From Candidatus Nanopelagicales bacterium (GTDB lineage: Bacteria; Actinomycetota; Actinomycetes; S36-B12), in assembly GCA_030726915.1 (NCBI GenBank), contig JANRCR010000040.1, forward strand, positions 49,897 to 113,896: a stretch of DNA of 64,000 nt, written 5' to 3'. A model generated the notes under the pieces. That model saw only the letters and a list, made by a program, of their open reading frames with translations. It had not been told where the DNA came from and did not search any database. The translations under genes were made by a program, and so were the position numbers. This document shows, one piece after another, positions 48,262 through 56,607 of this stretch (its first letter is position 1; each line of letters begins with the position of its first letter).

Positions 48262-49007
48262 TGGTGGCGACCCCGGACGCCGCCCCCGCGGCGCCCCACG
48301 ACCAGCCAGGCTCCACCCAGCACGAGCATGAGTCCACCCACGCTGGCACCCGCGGCCGAGACAGCCGTGATCTCCATCACCCGGTCCGCCCCGGGGACGC
48401 GGTACTCCAAAGTCAGGTTCGCCTCGACACCAGGAGTGCCATCCGGGTTCATGATGATGAGTGTTTCGCCCGTCAGGTCAGCGGCGGCCAGCTCTGCCGG
48501 ATTTCCCACGGAACTGGCGGACCACAGGTCCACAGCCTCGGGCAGGACCGGGGTCGCAGCACCGGGCACGGACACGGTCGACCACACCTGGCCGTCGCGC
48601 ACGGCCACCGCATAGGGCGTTCCCTGCAGGTAGACGTTGACACTATCCACGGGGGCGACCCCGAGAAACACGGATGCATCTCCGGTGGACTTCGCCACCA
48701 GTATGAACTCACCGATCCGCCCGGCGATGCTCGCCACATCGGTGCCGGCCAACGCCAGCAGCCCAGCGACGGCATCGGGAGGCTCCGGTGGCTGTAGCCG
48801 AGCTGATACACCGTCCACCAGAGCGGCCACGTCCGTGGAGGGTGCGGAGATGGTCCCCAGGGGCTGAGTGACCACCCCTGCGCGCCCAACGGTTGCCTCC
48901 ATGAATGCCGCTGCCCCTGTCAACCCCAGGGCAACGATGATGAGCACACCCCCTGCGGTCGCGACGACAATGCCGCTAGCCAGGCGAAGTGTGGCCCCTA
49001 GTGTCAT
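48258..49007 (-). CDS. Hypothetical membrane protein (N- and C-terminal TM helices flanking a roughly 190-aa extracytoplasmic domain)
   Basis: 249-aa ORF with GC3-rich codons. Its stop overlaps the pgsA start (GTGA). TM1 is LASGIVVATAGGVLIIVALGLTGAAAF and TM2 is AAGASVGGLMLVLGGAWLVV. I recognise no family. Confidence 0.62.
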   Translation of the reverse strand: MTLGATLRLASGIVVATAGGVLIIVALGLTGAAAFMEATVGRAGVVTQPLGTISAPSTDVAALVDGVSARLQPPEPPDAVAGLLALAGTDVASIAGRIGEFILVAKSTGDASVFLGVAPVDSVNVYLQGTPYAVAVRDGQVWSTVSVPGAATPVLPEAVDLWSASSVGNPAELAAADLTGETLIIMNPDGTPGVEANLTLEYRVPGADRVMEITAVSAAGASVGGLMLVLGGAWLVVGRRGGGVRGRHQ

Positions 49008-49039
49008 GCGGTGCGTGTGCTAGTCAAGGAGCGTCCTGC

Positions 49040-50248
49040 TCACCGTGCGATGGTCAAAACACCGAGGCACATCTCGTCGGTCGTGCCCTCGCCCCAGGTG
49101 ATGTAGCGCGGGTCTGTGTCGGCCAGGGCGGGCAGCTGCCGCCGCAGGTTCGCATCATGGGTACAGGTCACGGTCAAGGTGTCACCGGGCGTGAGGTCCA
49201 GTGGCTTGGCTAGGCGTGTGGCACCCTGCCGATCGAAGTCCCACACCTGCACGTCGAGGAGTTGCTCCTCTCGACTCGTGCCAGCATTAGCAACGATTCC
49301 AATGGATCGTCCCAGCAGGTGCATGTGTCCGGCAGCGGCGTACACCGTCATCGCCTCTTCAACATCATGCGTGCATGACTGTGTCGCTCCGGCACGGGGC
49401 TCCACGAGGTCACCGCCGCAAATGAATTGCAGACCCCAGATGGTGCGCAGGGACTCGCCGCCAAAACGCTTGATCGTGTCCTCCACCGCAGTCTCGCGGT
49501 CACACAGTGGGCCGTCCTCGTCGGGAAGGCACGGCAACTCCACCGGTGCCGGCAACAGGAGCGTCTCGAGGGGAACAAGTCCGGTGTCAGCCGAGACGGT
49601 GCGCAACTTCACGGCTGTCGAATCGGGACCCTGACCGGCGAGAAGGTTGTAGTGCACCTGGAGGATGACGCTGCTGCCCTTCTCGACGAACACGCCCGTG
49701 CCCTCGGGGTAGCTGGACTCCCGACCACCGGGTGCCCACGCCGCAAGCCACGGTGCGGAGTCCAATCCACCCACGGCCGCACCCTCGGTCGCGGCAGGGA
49801 GATCCGGCCCGCCGAAGCAACTCCATCCCTGTCCGGGCTCCTCAGCATCGCGACGCTCAGCAGCATCGAGCTGCGAGGGGCGGACCCGATACAGGATGGC
49901 GTGATGGACAACGGCGGGATTATCCGGAAGGAAGCGCACACCGGTGATGAACCGATCCTCAAGCAGCCCCGTGCCCAGGAGGAAGCAACGGTAGTCATCC
50001 GTGGCGGTGCCGGCGCTCTGGGGGGTGTAGGGGTCGGTGAGTCCCACGGACACGATGCCGGCCGTATCCATGGAGCCCACCACGGGCGCGGGATTGTCGG
50101 CCGGGGCGTCTGAGGACATCGAACTCGCGGTGCTGGGCGTGCTGCTCTCACCACGTTGTCCGGCGCCGAGTCCTGAGGAGCAGGCGGTGACGGCAGCCAT
50201 ACCGAGAAAGGTGACGGATGCGACCAGCGCAAGGGCCCGGGGTGTCAT
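49040..50248 (-). CDS. Lipoprotein with PHM/DBH-like type-II copper monooxygenase domains
   Basis: Trimmed from ORF 49040..50605 to the ATG at 50248, which forms an ATGA overlap with the TrmH-family stop. Lipobox AVTAC|SS. Candidate Cu ligands are VVHHAILY, LQVHYN, GHMHLLG and TTDEMCLG. Confidence 0.78.
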   Translation of the reverse strand: MTPRALALVASVTFLGMAAVTACSSGLGAGQRGESSTPSTASSMSSDAPADNPAPVVGSMDTAGIVSVGLTDPYTPQSAGTATDDYRCFLLGTGLLEDRFITGVRFLPDNPAVVHHAILYRVRPSQLDAAERRDAEEPGQGWSCFGGPDLPAATEGAAVGGLDSAPWLAAWAPGGRESSYPEGTGVFVEKGSSVILQVHYNLLAGQGPDSTAVKLRTVSADTGLVPLETLLLPAPVELPCLPDEDGPLCDRETAVEDTIKRFGGESLRTIWGLQFICGGDLVEPRAGATQSCTHDVEEAMTVYAAAGHMHLLGRSIGIVANAGTSREEQLLDVQVWDFDRQGATRLAKPLDLTPGDTLTVTCTHDANLRRQLPALADTDPRYITWGEGTTDEMCLGVLTIAR

Positions 50249-51066
50249 GGGCCCATCGTACGCATATGGAGCCTCGCGTAGCAGGCAACGGCGGCCGCGG
50301 CCGCCACATTGAGTGAGTCCTCGGGACAGGCCATGGGAATCCGAGCGCGCCGATGGCTGGTCGTCCAGGTCGATTCGGTGATCCCCGGACCCTCCGATCC
50401 GAGGACCAGGGCGATGTCTCGGGTGGCGTAGTCGGCCAGGACCGTCGCCAGATCCTCGTCGCCGTCGGGACCCAGGGCGACGACGGCGCGGCTGTGAATG
50501 AGGGCCGTCATGGTTGTAGGCCAGTCGGAGCTGCGTGCCCAGCGACACCGCACTACGGCCCCCATGGATGATTTGACCGCCCGGCGATAGAGCGGATCCG
50601 CGCAATCGGGAGATAGGACAACGCCATCGATGCCCTGCGCCACGGCAGATCGAAAGGCCAGACCCACATTCGTGGAGTCGACCAACCCCTCGAGCACAAG
50701 AATGTCGCCGGGAGCGACGAGCAATTCGTCAACGGTTCGAGATGCGGGACGCCTCACCACCGCCAGCGCACCGCGATGAACATGGAAGCCGGTTATGGAA
50801 CGAAGAATGTCAGCATCGGCGACGTACACATCGATGTCCTCGTCGTGCAGAATCTCGTCGAGTCTGTCGAGCCAACGACGTGCCGTCAGCACTGAGACAA
50901 CCTCGAGACCGGCCGCCACGCATCGTTCGATGACGAGCATTCCCTCGGCGATGAAGACACCCGTCGCATGTTCGACGCGAAGCCTGAGTTCCATGTCCGT
51001 GAGTTGCGCATACGGGCTTGCGCGAGGATCCTCCGCAGACTCCACGGGGCGGGGATCAATCCTCAC
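50245..51066 (-). CDS. TrmH/SpoU family RNA 2'-O-methyltransferase
   Basis: Trimmed from ORF 50245..51414 to the GTG at 51066, which forms a GTGA overlap with the photolyase stop. SpoU motifs LEGLVDSTNVGLAFRSA, LVLGSEGPGI and IPMACPEDSLNVAAAAAVACY. Confidence 0.85.
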   Translation of the reverse strand: MRIDPRPVESAEDPRASPYAQLTDMELRLRVEHATGVFIAEGMLVIERCVAAGLEVVSVLTARRWLDRLDEILHDEDIDVYVADADILRSITGFHVHRGALAVVRRPASRTVDELLVAPGDILVLEGLVDSTNVGLAFRSAVAQGIDGVVLSPDCADPLYRRAVKSSMGAVVRCRWARSSDWPTTMTALIHSRAVVALGPDGDEDLATVLADYATRDIALVLGSEGPGITESTWTTSHRRARIPMACPEDSLNVAAAAAVACYARLHMRTMGP

Positions 51067-52553
51067 GGGGGATCCGATCCCCTCTCGGCCTCCTGCGCAA
51101 GGACCGCATCGCGATCGGATAGGCGATCCAAACCACGTGCTGGCTGAGCCATCCTGGGGTGCTGACGCCAACGTTCTTCGTGCTGATGGATGAACGCCCA
51201 GTACCCGGCCGTGACGGGACATGCCGTGGGCCCCACACGGACGTTCGGGCGATAGGCGCAATCGCGGCAGAAGTCGGTCATCCGCTTGATGTAGGCGCCC
51301 CCCGCGGCGTACGGCTTGGTTGCCATGCGTCCACCATCGGCGTGAAGTGCCATCCCCACGACGTTCGCGGCCATGACCCAGGGGTAGGCATCCACATAGG
51401 ACGCGGTGAACCACTCCGTGGTCTCCACGGGGTCATAGCCGTGTTGCAAGGCCCAGTTGCCGAGCACCATGAGCCTGAGGATGTGGTGATTCCATCCCCG
51501 TTCGTCCACCTCTGCGAGTGCGACGGAGAGGCATCGCGCCGTCACCGACTCGGCGTCTAGGTCTCTAAACCAGGCGGGTAGCGGTGTCGAGGCGTCGAGG
51601 GCATTTGAGGTGGCGACGTAATCCGGCCCGAAATGCCAGTACAGATGCCAGATGAAGTCTCGCCACCCCATCACCTGGCGAACGAGTCCCTCCACACTGG
51701 CCAGCGGCACCTGACCCTCCTCCCCCGCGAGGACCACCCGGTCGATGACCTCGTAGGGATCCAGCAGACCAAGATTGAGCGGCACGGACAGCAGGGAGTG
51801 GGCCATGGGCCAGTCCCCCACCAATGCCGCATCCTCGTACGGACCGAAGGCAGCGAGGCGATGGGTCACGAAGTCCTCCAGGGCTGCCAACGCCTCGGTC
51901 CGCGTGGCGGCAAAGCGCCGTGGGCCATCGCGCCCGACGAGGACGAGACCATCCCGTTCCCAACGGTCTAGGTCCGCACGAACCTCGGCATCGATGTCAT
52001 CCTCAACGGGCCAGATGGGCTCGGCCAACCCCAGTGTCGTCGCGCCACGCGGGGGTGGCAGGCGGTTGTCCGCATCAAAATTCCACCGTCCGCCTACGGG
52101 CTCATCACCGTCCATGAGTATCCCCGTGGACTTACGGGCAAAGCGATAAAACTCCTCCTGGCGCAGGTGACGCCGCCCACGCACCCACTCATCGAACTCT
52201 GACTCGGGCGTGACAAATCCACGCGATGGGAGCACGGCGACGTCGAGTTCTCGCACGAGGTTGCGCGCGGGCCAGGATGTCGGATTGATGACGGTCAGCG
52301 GCTCACCCATGGACGCGACGACCGAACGGTAGCCATCCGCCTGCACATACTCACATCGATCACCGAGCTCGCGCGCACGATGCCGGATCGCGGACAGCAC
52401 CAGATGCGCCTTGGCGCGGTGGTAGCGCCTGCGCCCAAAAGCCGCACGCGACTCAATGATGAGGACCTTCTCCACCCCATCATCTCCGGGAGTCTCCACC
52501 GGGCCCAAGAAGTGCGGACCCAACTGATCAGCAAAGAGCCACCGACGCGTCAT
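51063..52553 (-). CDS. Cryptochrome/photolyase family protein, FeS-BCP ((6-4) photolyase PhrB/CryB-like)
   Basis: The ATG at 52553 (MTRRWLFADQLGPHF) forms an ATGA overlap with the ABC ATPase stop. By my count it has a four-Cys pattern C-x88-C-x2-C-x12-C (ARC...DFCRDC...PTAC), as expected for the [4Fe-4S] site of this subfamily. Confidence 0.87.
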   Translation of the reverse strand: MTRRWLFADQLGPHFLGPVETPGDDGVEKVLIIESRAAFGRRRYHRAKAHLVLSAIRHRARELGDRCEYVQADGYRSVVASMGEPLTVINPTSWPARNLVRELDVAVLPSRGFVTPESEFDEWVRGRRHLRQEEFYRFARKSTGILMDGDEPVGGRWNFDADNRLPPPRGATTLGLAEPIWPVEDDIDAEVRADLDRWERDGLVLVGRDGPRRFAATRTEALAALEDFVTHRLAAFGPYEDAALVGDWPMAHSLLSVPLNLGLLDPYEVIDRVVLAGEEGQVPLASVEGLVRQVMGWRDFIWHLYWHFGPDYVATSNALDASTPLPAWFRDLDAESVTARCLSVALAEVDERGWNHHILRLMVLGNWALQHGYDPVETTEWFTASYVDAYPWVMAANVVGMALHADGGRMATKPYAAGGAYIKRMTDFCRDCAYRPNVRVGPTACPVTAGYWAFIHQHEERWRQHPRMAQPARGLDRLSDRDAVLAQEAERGSDPP

Positions 52554-53335
52554 GACAGTGCCCGGGCGGACCACCGGTCGTCACGCTGCGTCACGTCCAG
52601 GGGTATGCCGTAGGCGGCGGACAACGATTCGCCCCGGAGAACGTCGGCGAGCGCACCCTGGGCCACCACGGCTCCCCCGCGCAGCAGCAGGGCGTGTGTG
52701 GTGCCGGGGGGGATCTCTTCGACGTGGTGCGTCACCAGCACCGTCGTGGGAGCCATGGGATCCGCGGCCATGTCGGCCAGTCGACGCACCAGCGCCTCTC
52801 GGCCACCGAGGTCAAGGCCTGCGGCGGGCTCATCCAGCAGCAGCAACTCCGGATCGGACATGAGGGATCGCGCGATCTGGGTCCGCTTCCGCTCACCATC
52901 GGAGAGCGATCCGTAGCGCCGATCGGCTAGGTCACTAACTCCCATGAGACGCAGCAGTCGCTCGGCTCGACGTGCGTCAGCCTCGCCGTACACCTCACGC
53001 CAACGCCCCGTGATCCCCCAGGAGGCCGTGATGACAACGTCGCGGACGCGCTCCCGTGGAGGAAGGGAATCGCCGAGACCGGCGCCGACGAGTCCGATCT
53101 GGGGACGAAGGCCAAAAACATCGGTCATGCCGAGGGTCTCGCCCAGGATCGTGATGCTGCCCGTCGTCGGGTGCTGGCGCGTTGCCGCCAGTGACAAGAG
53201 CGTGGACTTGCCTGCGCCGTTGGGTCCCAGCACGACCCAGCGGTCCTCTGCGTGGACCACCCAGTCGATGTCCGACAAGATCCAATTTGAACCCCGACGG
53301 ACCCCCACACGGCTGAATGCGAGGACCTGCGTCAC
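52550..53335 (-). CDS. Orphan ABC transporter ATP-binding protein (ModF/YlmA, COG1119-like)
   Basis: 261 aa. Walker A GPNGAGKST, signature LSDGERKR, Walker B LLLLDEP and VTHHVEEIPPGTTHALLL. No permease or binding-protein gene is adjacent. Confidence 0.87.
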   Translation of the reverse strand: MTQVLAFSRVGVRRGSNWILSDIDWVVHAEDRWVVLGPNGAGKSTLLSLAATRQHPTTGSITILGETLGMTDVFGLRPQIGLVGAGLGDSLPPRERVRDVVITASWGITGRWREVYGEADARRAERLLRLMGVSDLADRRYGSLSDGERKRTQIARSLMSDPELLLLDEPAAGLDLGGREALVRRLADMAADPMAPTTVLVTHHVEEIPPGTTHALLLRGGAVVAQGALADVLRGESLSAAYGIPLDVTQRDDRWSARALS

Positions 53336-53365
53336 CCGCTCAACCTAGCCGGATAGCGTCTCAGG

Positions 53366-54088
53366 GTGACTGGCCCGTCCCTCGACATCAACTCAGCATC
53401 GTGGCGGTCAGGCCAGGCGGCGATGTGGCTCGGCGCCTCGCTCAGGGGTGCCGCGGCGGATGATGTCTTCGGTGGGCTCATGCCGTTGGGAGAGCCACCG
53501 GGGGGTTGGTGGGAACAGGTGGCCCGTCTGCACGAGTCCTCCCGACCGGGGGTGCGCCTTGCGCTTCCCCGGCCGGGTGATCCACGAGGCGTACAGGTCC
53601 CCCACGGGATGGACGGGGAAGGGGCTGTGGGCTGTGGTGCTGGCCCTCATGTGCGCTGGCTCATCGCTCATGCGAACGGAGAGTGGGTGATGTGGGATGA
53701 CCACGGTGGTTTCCCCAGCCCGTCCGCCACCGCGGAGTCCGCGGACCGAGATCTTCGTGCGGCCGTTGTTGAGGCTGCCCACGCTCTCGATTCCACGGGC
53801 ACGAACCCCCTCGGCCAGGGCCTGCCGACATTCGTGGACATGATCGTGGACGCCTGGCTCCTCCACGGGGATCGCCTCCCCGCTCCCTCGCGACGCCTCG
53901 CCGCCGCGGCACTGCCGATGTTGGTCGCTGCACAGGCGGTGACCCTGCCCCATGCACCCGGGGGCGTGACAGCCCATGAGACACAGCGGTTGCACAACGC
54001 ATTGCGGTCAGTGGAGCCGGCGGCTCGGACCGCTCTGGAATCGGCGTATTCGACCGCGCCGCTCACCGATGGTGACCGCGCCCGTTAG
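53366..54088 (+). CDS. Hypothetical protein
   Basis: 240-aa ORF (GTG start; internal ATG alternatives exist). Third-position GC is high by eye. It ends 10 nt before serB. I recognise no motif. Confidence 0.5.
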   Translation: MTGPSLDINSASWRSGQAAMWLGASLRGAAADDVFGGLMPLGEPPGGWWEQVARLHESSRPGVRLALPRPGDPRGVQVPHGMDGEGAVGCGAGPHVRWLIAHANGEWVMWDDHGGFPSPSATAESADRDLRAAVVEAAHALDSTGTNPLGQGLPTFVDMIVDAWLLHGDRLPAPSRRLAAAALPMLVAAQAVTLPHAPGGVTAHETQRLHNALRSVEPAARTALESAYSTAPLTDGDRAR

Positions 54089-54098
54089 GGTCGGACAC

Positions 54099-55295
54099 AT
54101 GGACGGGACGCTGCTCGCCATCCTCAGTGGACGCGACCGGCCTGGCGTAACAGCATCGCTTTTCGAGGCATTGCGTCATATCCAGTGCGAGGTTGTTGAC
54201 ATTCAACAGATCGTTGTCCGCGGCCGACTCGTGCTGGCCGTACTCCTTGGTTTGCAGGCCAGCGATGTGAGCGATACCCGCGCGGCTATCCATGCCGAAT
54301 CTGCTCGATTGGGGATGGAGGCTGAGACGGTCCCCGGGGCACGGCTTGACCGAAAGGACCCGGCACGGCGTCGCATCCATGTCACCGTCATGGCCCGGAC
54401 CCTGCCGCCGGCGGCAGTGGCCGAGATCGCGCGCCGGATGGCTGAGCGCGGCTGCAACATCGATCGCATCCGGCGGATCGCCTCGTACCCGGTGACAGCG
54501 GTGGTCTTCGAGGGTTCGGGGGAAGACATCGCCGATCTTCGCCGCGAACTGTCCCTGGCCGCTGGTGGTCTCGGGGTGGATATCGCGGTCCAACATGCCG
54601 GTCTGGATCGCAGGGGGCAGCGCCTTGTTGTGATGGACGTGGACTCCACGTTGATCCAGGACGAGGTGATTGACCTGCTGGCTGAGCGAGCGGGCGTGCA
54701 GAGTGCCGTGGCTGACATCACCGCACGCGCCATGGCGGGTGACCTGGACTTCGCTGAGGCCCTGCGTGCACGAGTTGCGCTCTTGGAGGGCCTGCCGGTG
54801 AACGTCATCGCAGAGACCGCCGGACGAATCCGGCTCACCCCGGGAGCTCGGACGCTGTGTCGAACCCTGCGGCGTCTGGGGTTCCGCATCTGTCTTGTGT
54901 CGGGGGGGTTTGGCGAGGTCATCTCCCCACTGGCAGATCAACTGGGAGTCGACGGGATGCGGTCCAACACACTCGAGGTGCGGGATGGTCGGCTCACCGG
55001 ACGTGTGGCCGGACCCATCATCGATCGCTGGGGCAAGCGTCAAGCGTTGGAGGAATTCGCGAACGAATTCGGCATCCCGCGCTCGCGCACCATCGCTATC
55101 GGTGATGGAGCTAACGACCTTGACATGCTTGACGCTGCTGGACTGGGAATCGCTTTCAATGCGAAGCCCCTCGTGCGTGCTGCCGCGGATACGGCTCTCA
55201 ACGCTCCCTTTTTGGATTCGGTGCTCTTCCTCCTGGGGATCACCCGTGAAGAGATTGAAGACGCCGATGCCGATGCAATCGGTCCGCTGCCCTAG
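54099..55295 (+). CDS. serB: Phosphoserine phosphatase with N-terminal ACT domains
   Basis: Trimmed from ORF 53976..55295 to the ATG at 54099 (MDGTLLAILSGRDRPGVTASLFEAL). HAD motif I is VVMDVDSTLI, with later GDGANDL. Confidence 0.9.
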   Translation: MDGTLLAILSGRDRPGVTASLFEALRHIQCEVVDIQQIVVRGRLVLAVLLGLQASDVSDTRAAIHAESARLGMEAETVPGARLDRKDPARRRIHVTVMARTLPPAAVAEIARRMAERGCNIDRIRRIASYPVTAVVFEGSGEDIADLRRELSLAAGGLGVDIAVQHAGLDRRGQRLVVMDVDSTLIQDEVIDLLAERAGVQSAVADITARAMAGDLDFAEALRARVALLEGLPVNVIAETAGRIRLTPGARTLCRTLRRLGFRICLVSGGFGEVISPLADQLGVDGMRSNTLEVRDGRLTGRVAGPIIDRWGKRQALEEFANEFGIPRSRTIAIGDGANDLDMLDAAGLGIAFNAKPLVRAAADTALNAPFLDSVLFLLGITREEIEDADADAIGPLP

Positions 55296-55783
55296 CCGCG
55301 CGGCACGGTGAACGTGAGCAATTCCCCCGGCCCCTGCCAGCCTGATGTCAGGTTGATGACGGCGATTCCGCAGGTGGGATATTTGCGAAGCATGCCGTCG
55401 CGAACCACATCACTGCCCTCCGCTGACCAGCGCTGCGCCACATCCTCGATGCCGGGGTTGTGTCCCACCACCAGGGTGCGATGGGCGGATGCATCCACGG
55501 TGGAGGTGATGAGGTGCGACAGACCGCTTCCCCAGTCGTCGTAGACCACGGGCTCCGTGCGTATCTGACCCGCCACGATGTGAGGACCGACTCGTGCCCA
55601 CGTCTGTTGTGCGCGCACCGCTGGCGAAAGAAGCACAACATCGACCTGGGGATACATCGCCTGCATCCAACGGCCGGCAGAGTCGGCATCCCGCTCCCCC
55701 CGTGCCGATAGGGGCCGTTCCCGATCGATGACGCCCGGGGGGTAGTCCGACTTAGCGTGACGCATCAGAATCAGCGTGGGCAT
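55292..55783 (-). CDS. Histidine phosphatase family protein (SixA-like)
   Basis: ORF 55292..55858 trimmed to the ATG at 55783: MPTLILMRHAKSDYP (RHA motif), with a later VGHNPG. Confidence 0.8.
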   Translation of the reverse strand: MPTLILMRHAKSDYPPGVIDRERPLSARGERDADSAGRWMQAMYPQVDVVLLSPAVRAQQTWARVGPHIVAGQIRTEPVVYDDWGSGLSHLITSTVDASAHRTLVVGHNPGIEDVAQRWSAEGSDVVRDGMLRKYPTCGIAVINLTSGWQGPGELLTFTVPRG

Positions 55784-55791
55784 GGCACTCC

Positions 55792-56559
55792 CTAGGCTCC
55801 CTGCGAGTGGACTCCACCGTCCACGTGAATGATTTCGCCCGTGGTGGAGGGAAACCAATCAGACATCAGAGCCACACAGGCACGAGCCGCAGGCTCGGGG
55901 TCATCAAGGTCCCACCCGAGGGGTGCACGTTGCTTCCATACGGTCTCGAACTCATCAAATCCGGGAATGCTCTTCGCTGCCATCGTCCGAATCGGTCCCG
56001 CAGCAACGAGGTTTACCCGAATGCCCTCGGGACCGAGATCACGGGCGAGGTAGCGAGCGGTGGACTCCAGGGCAGCCTTAGCCACGCCCATCCAGTCATA
56101 CGTCGGCCACGCAACACGTGCGTCGAAGTCCAATCCGACCACCGAGGACCCCGGTCCCATGAGCGGCCGGCATGCCATGGTGAGGGATTTGAGGGAAAAT
56201 GCCGACACCTCAAGAGCGATCCGGACATCCTCCCAGGGTGTAGTCAGGAATCTCCCGCCCAGCGCAGACTCGGGCGCAAACCCGATCGAGTGCAACACCC
56301 CATCCAGTCGGTCGACGTGCTCACCAAGACGGGTTGCGAGCGAATCCATGTCCGCTGTGGACGTGACGTCCAGTTCGAGAACCGGGGCCTCCGATGGCAA
56401 ACGGGTGGCGGTTCGACGAGTCAACGACAGGGCCCTGCCGAAGGAGGTCAGCACCACGCGAGCGCCTTCCTGCTGAGCCAGGCGTGCCACGTGGAAAGCG
56501 ATCGACTGATCCGTCAGCACCCCGGTCAGGAGTAGTTGACGTCCATCCAGAATCCCCAT
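55792..56559 (-). CDS. fabI: Enoyl-[acyl-carrier-protein] reductase (NADH), InhA/FabI
   Basis: 255 aa, MGILDGRQLLLTGVLTDQSIAFHVARLAQQEGA.... It lies downstream of fabG, as in the mycobacterial mabA-inhA operon. Confidence 0.92.
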   Translation of the reverse strand: MGILDGRQLLLTGVLTDQSIAFHVARLAQQEGARVVLTSFGRALSLTRRTATRLPSEAPVLELDVTSTADMDSLATRLGEHVDRLDGVLHSIGFAPESALGGRFLTTPWEDVRIALEVSAFSLKSLTMACRPLMGPGSSVVGLDFDARVAWPTYDWMGVAKAALESTARYLARDLGPEGIRVNLVAAGPIRTMAAKSIPGFDEFETVWKQRAPLGWDLDDPEPAARACVALMSDWFPSTTGEIIHVDGGVHSQGA

Positions 56560-56607
56560 GTCTCACCATTTCCGATCGTTAGACGACGCTATGAATGCCG
56601 ACCATGC

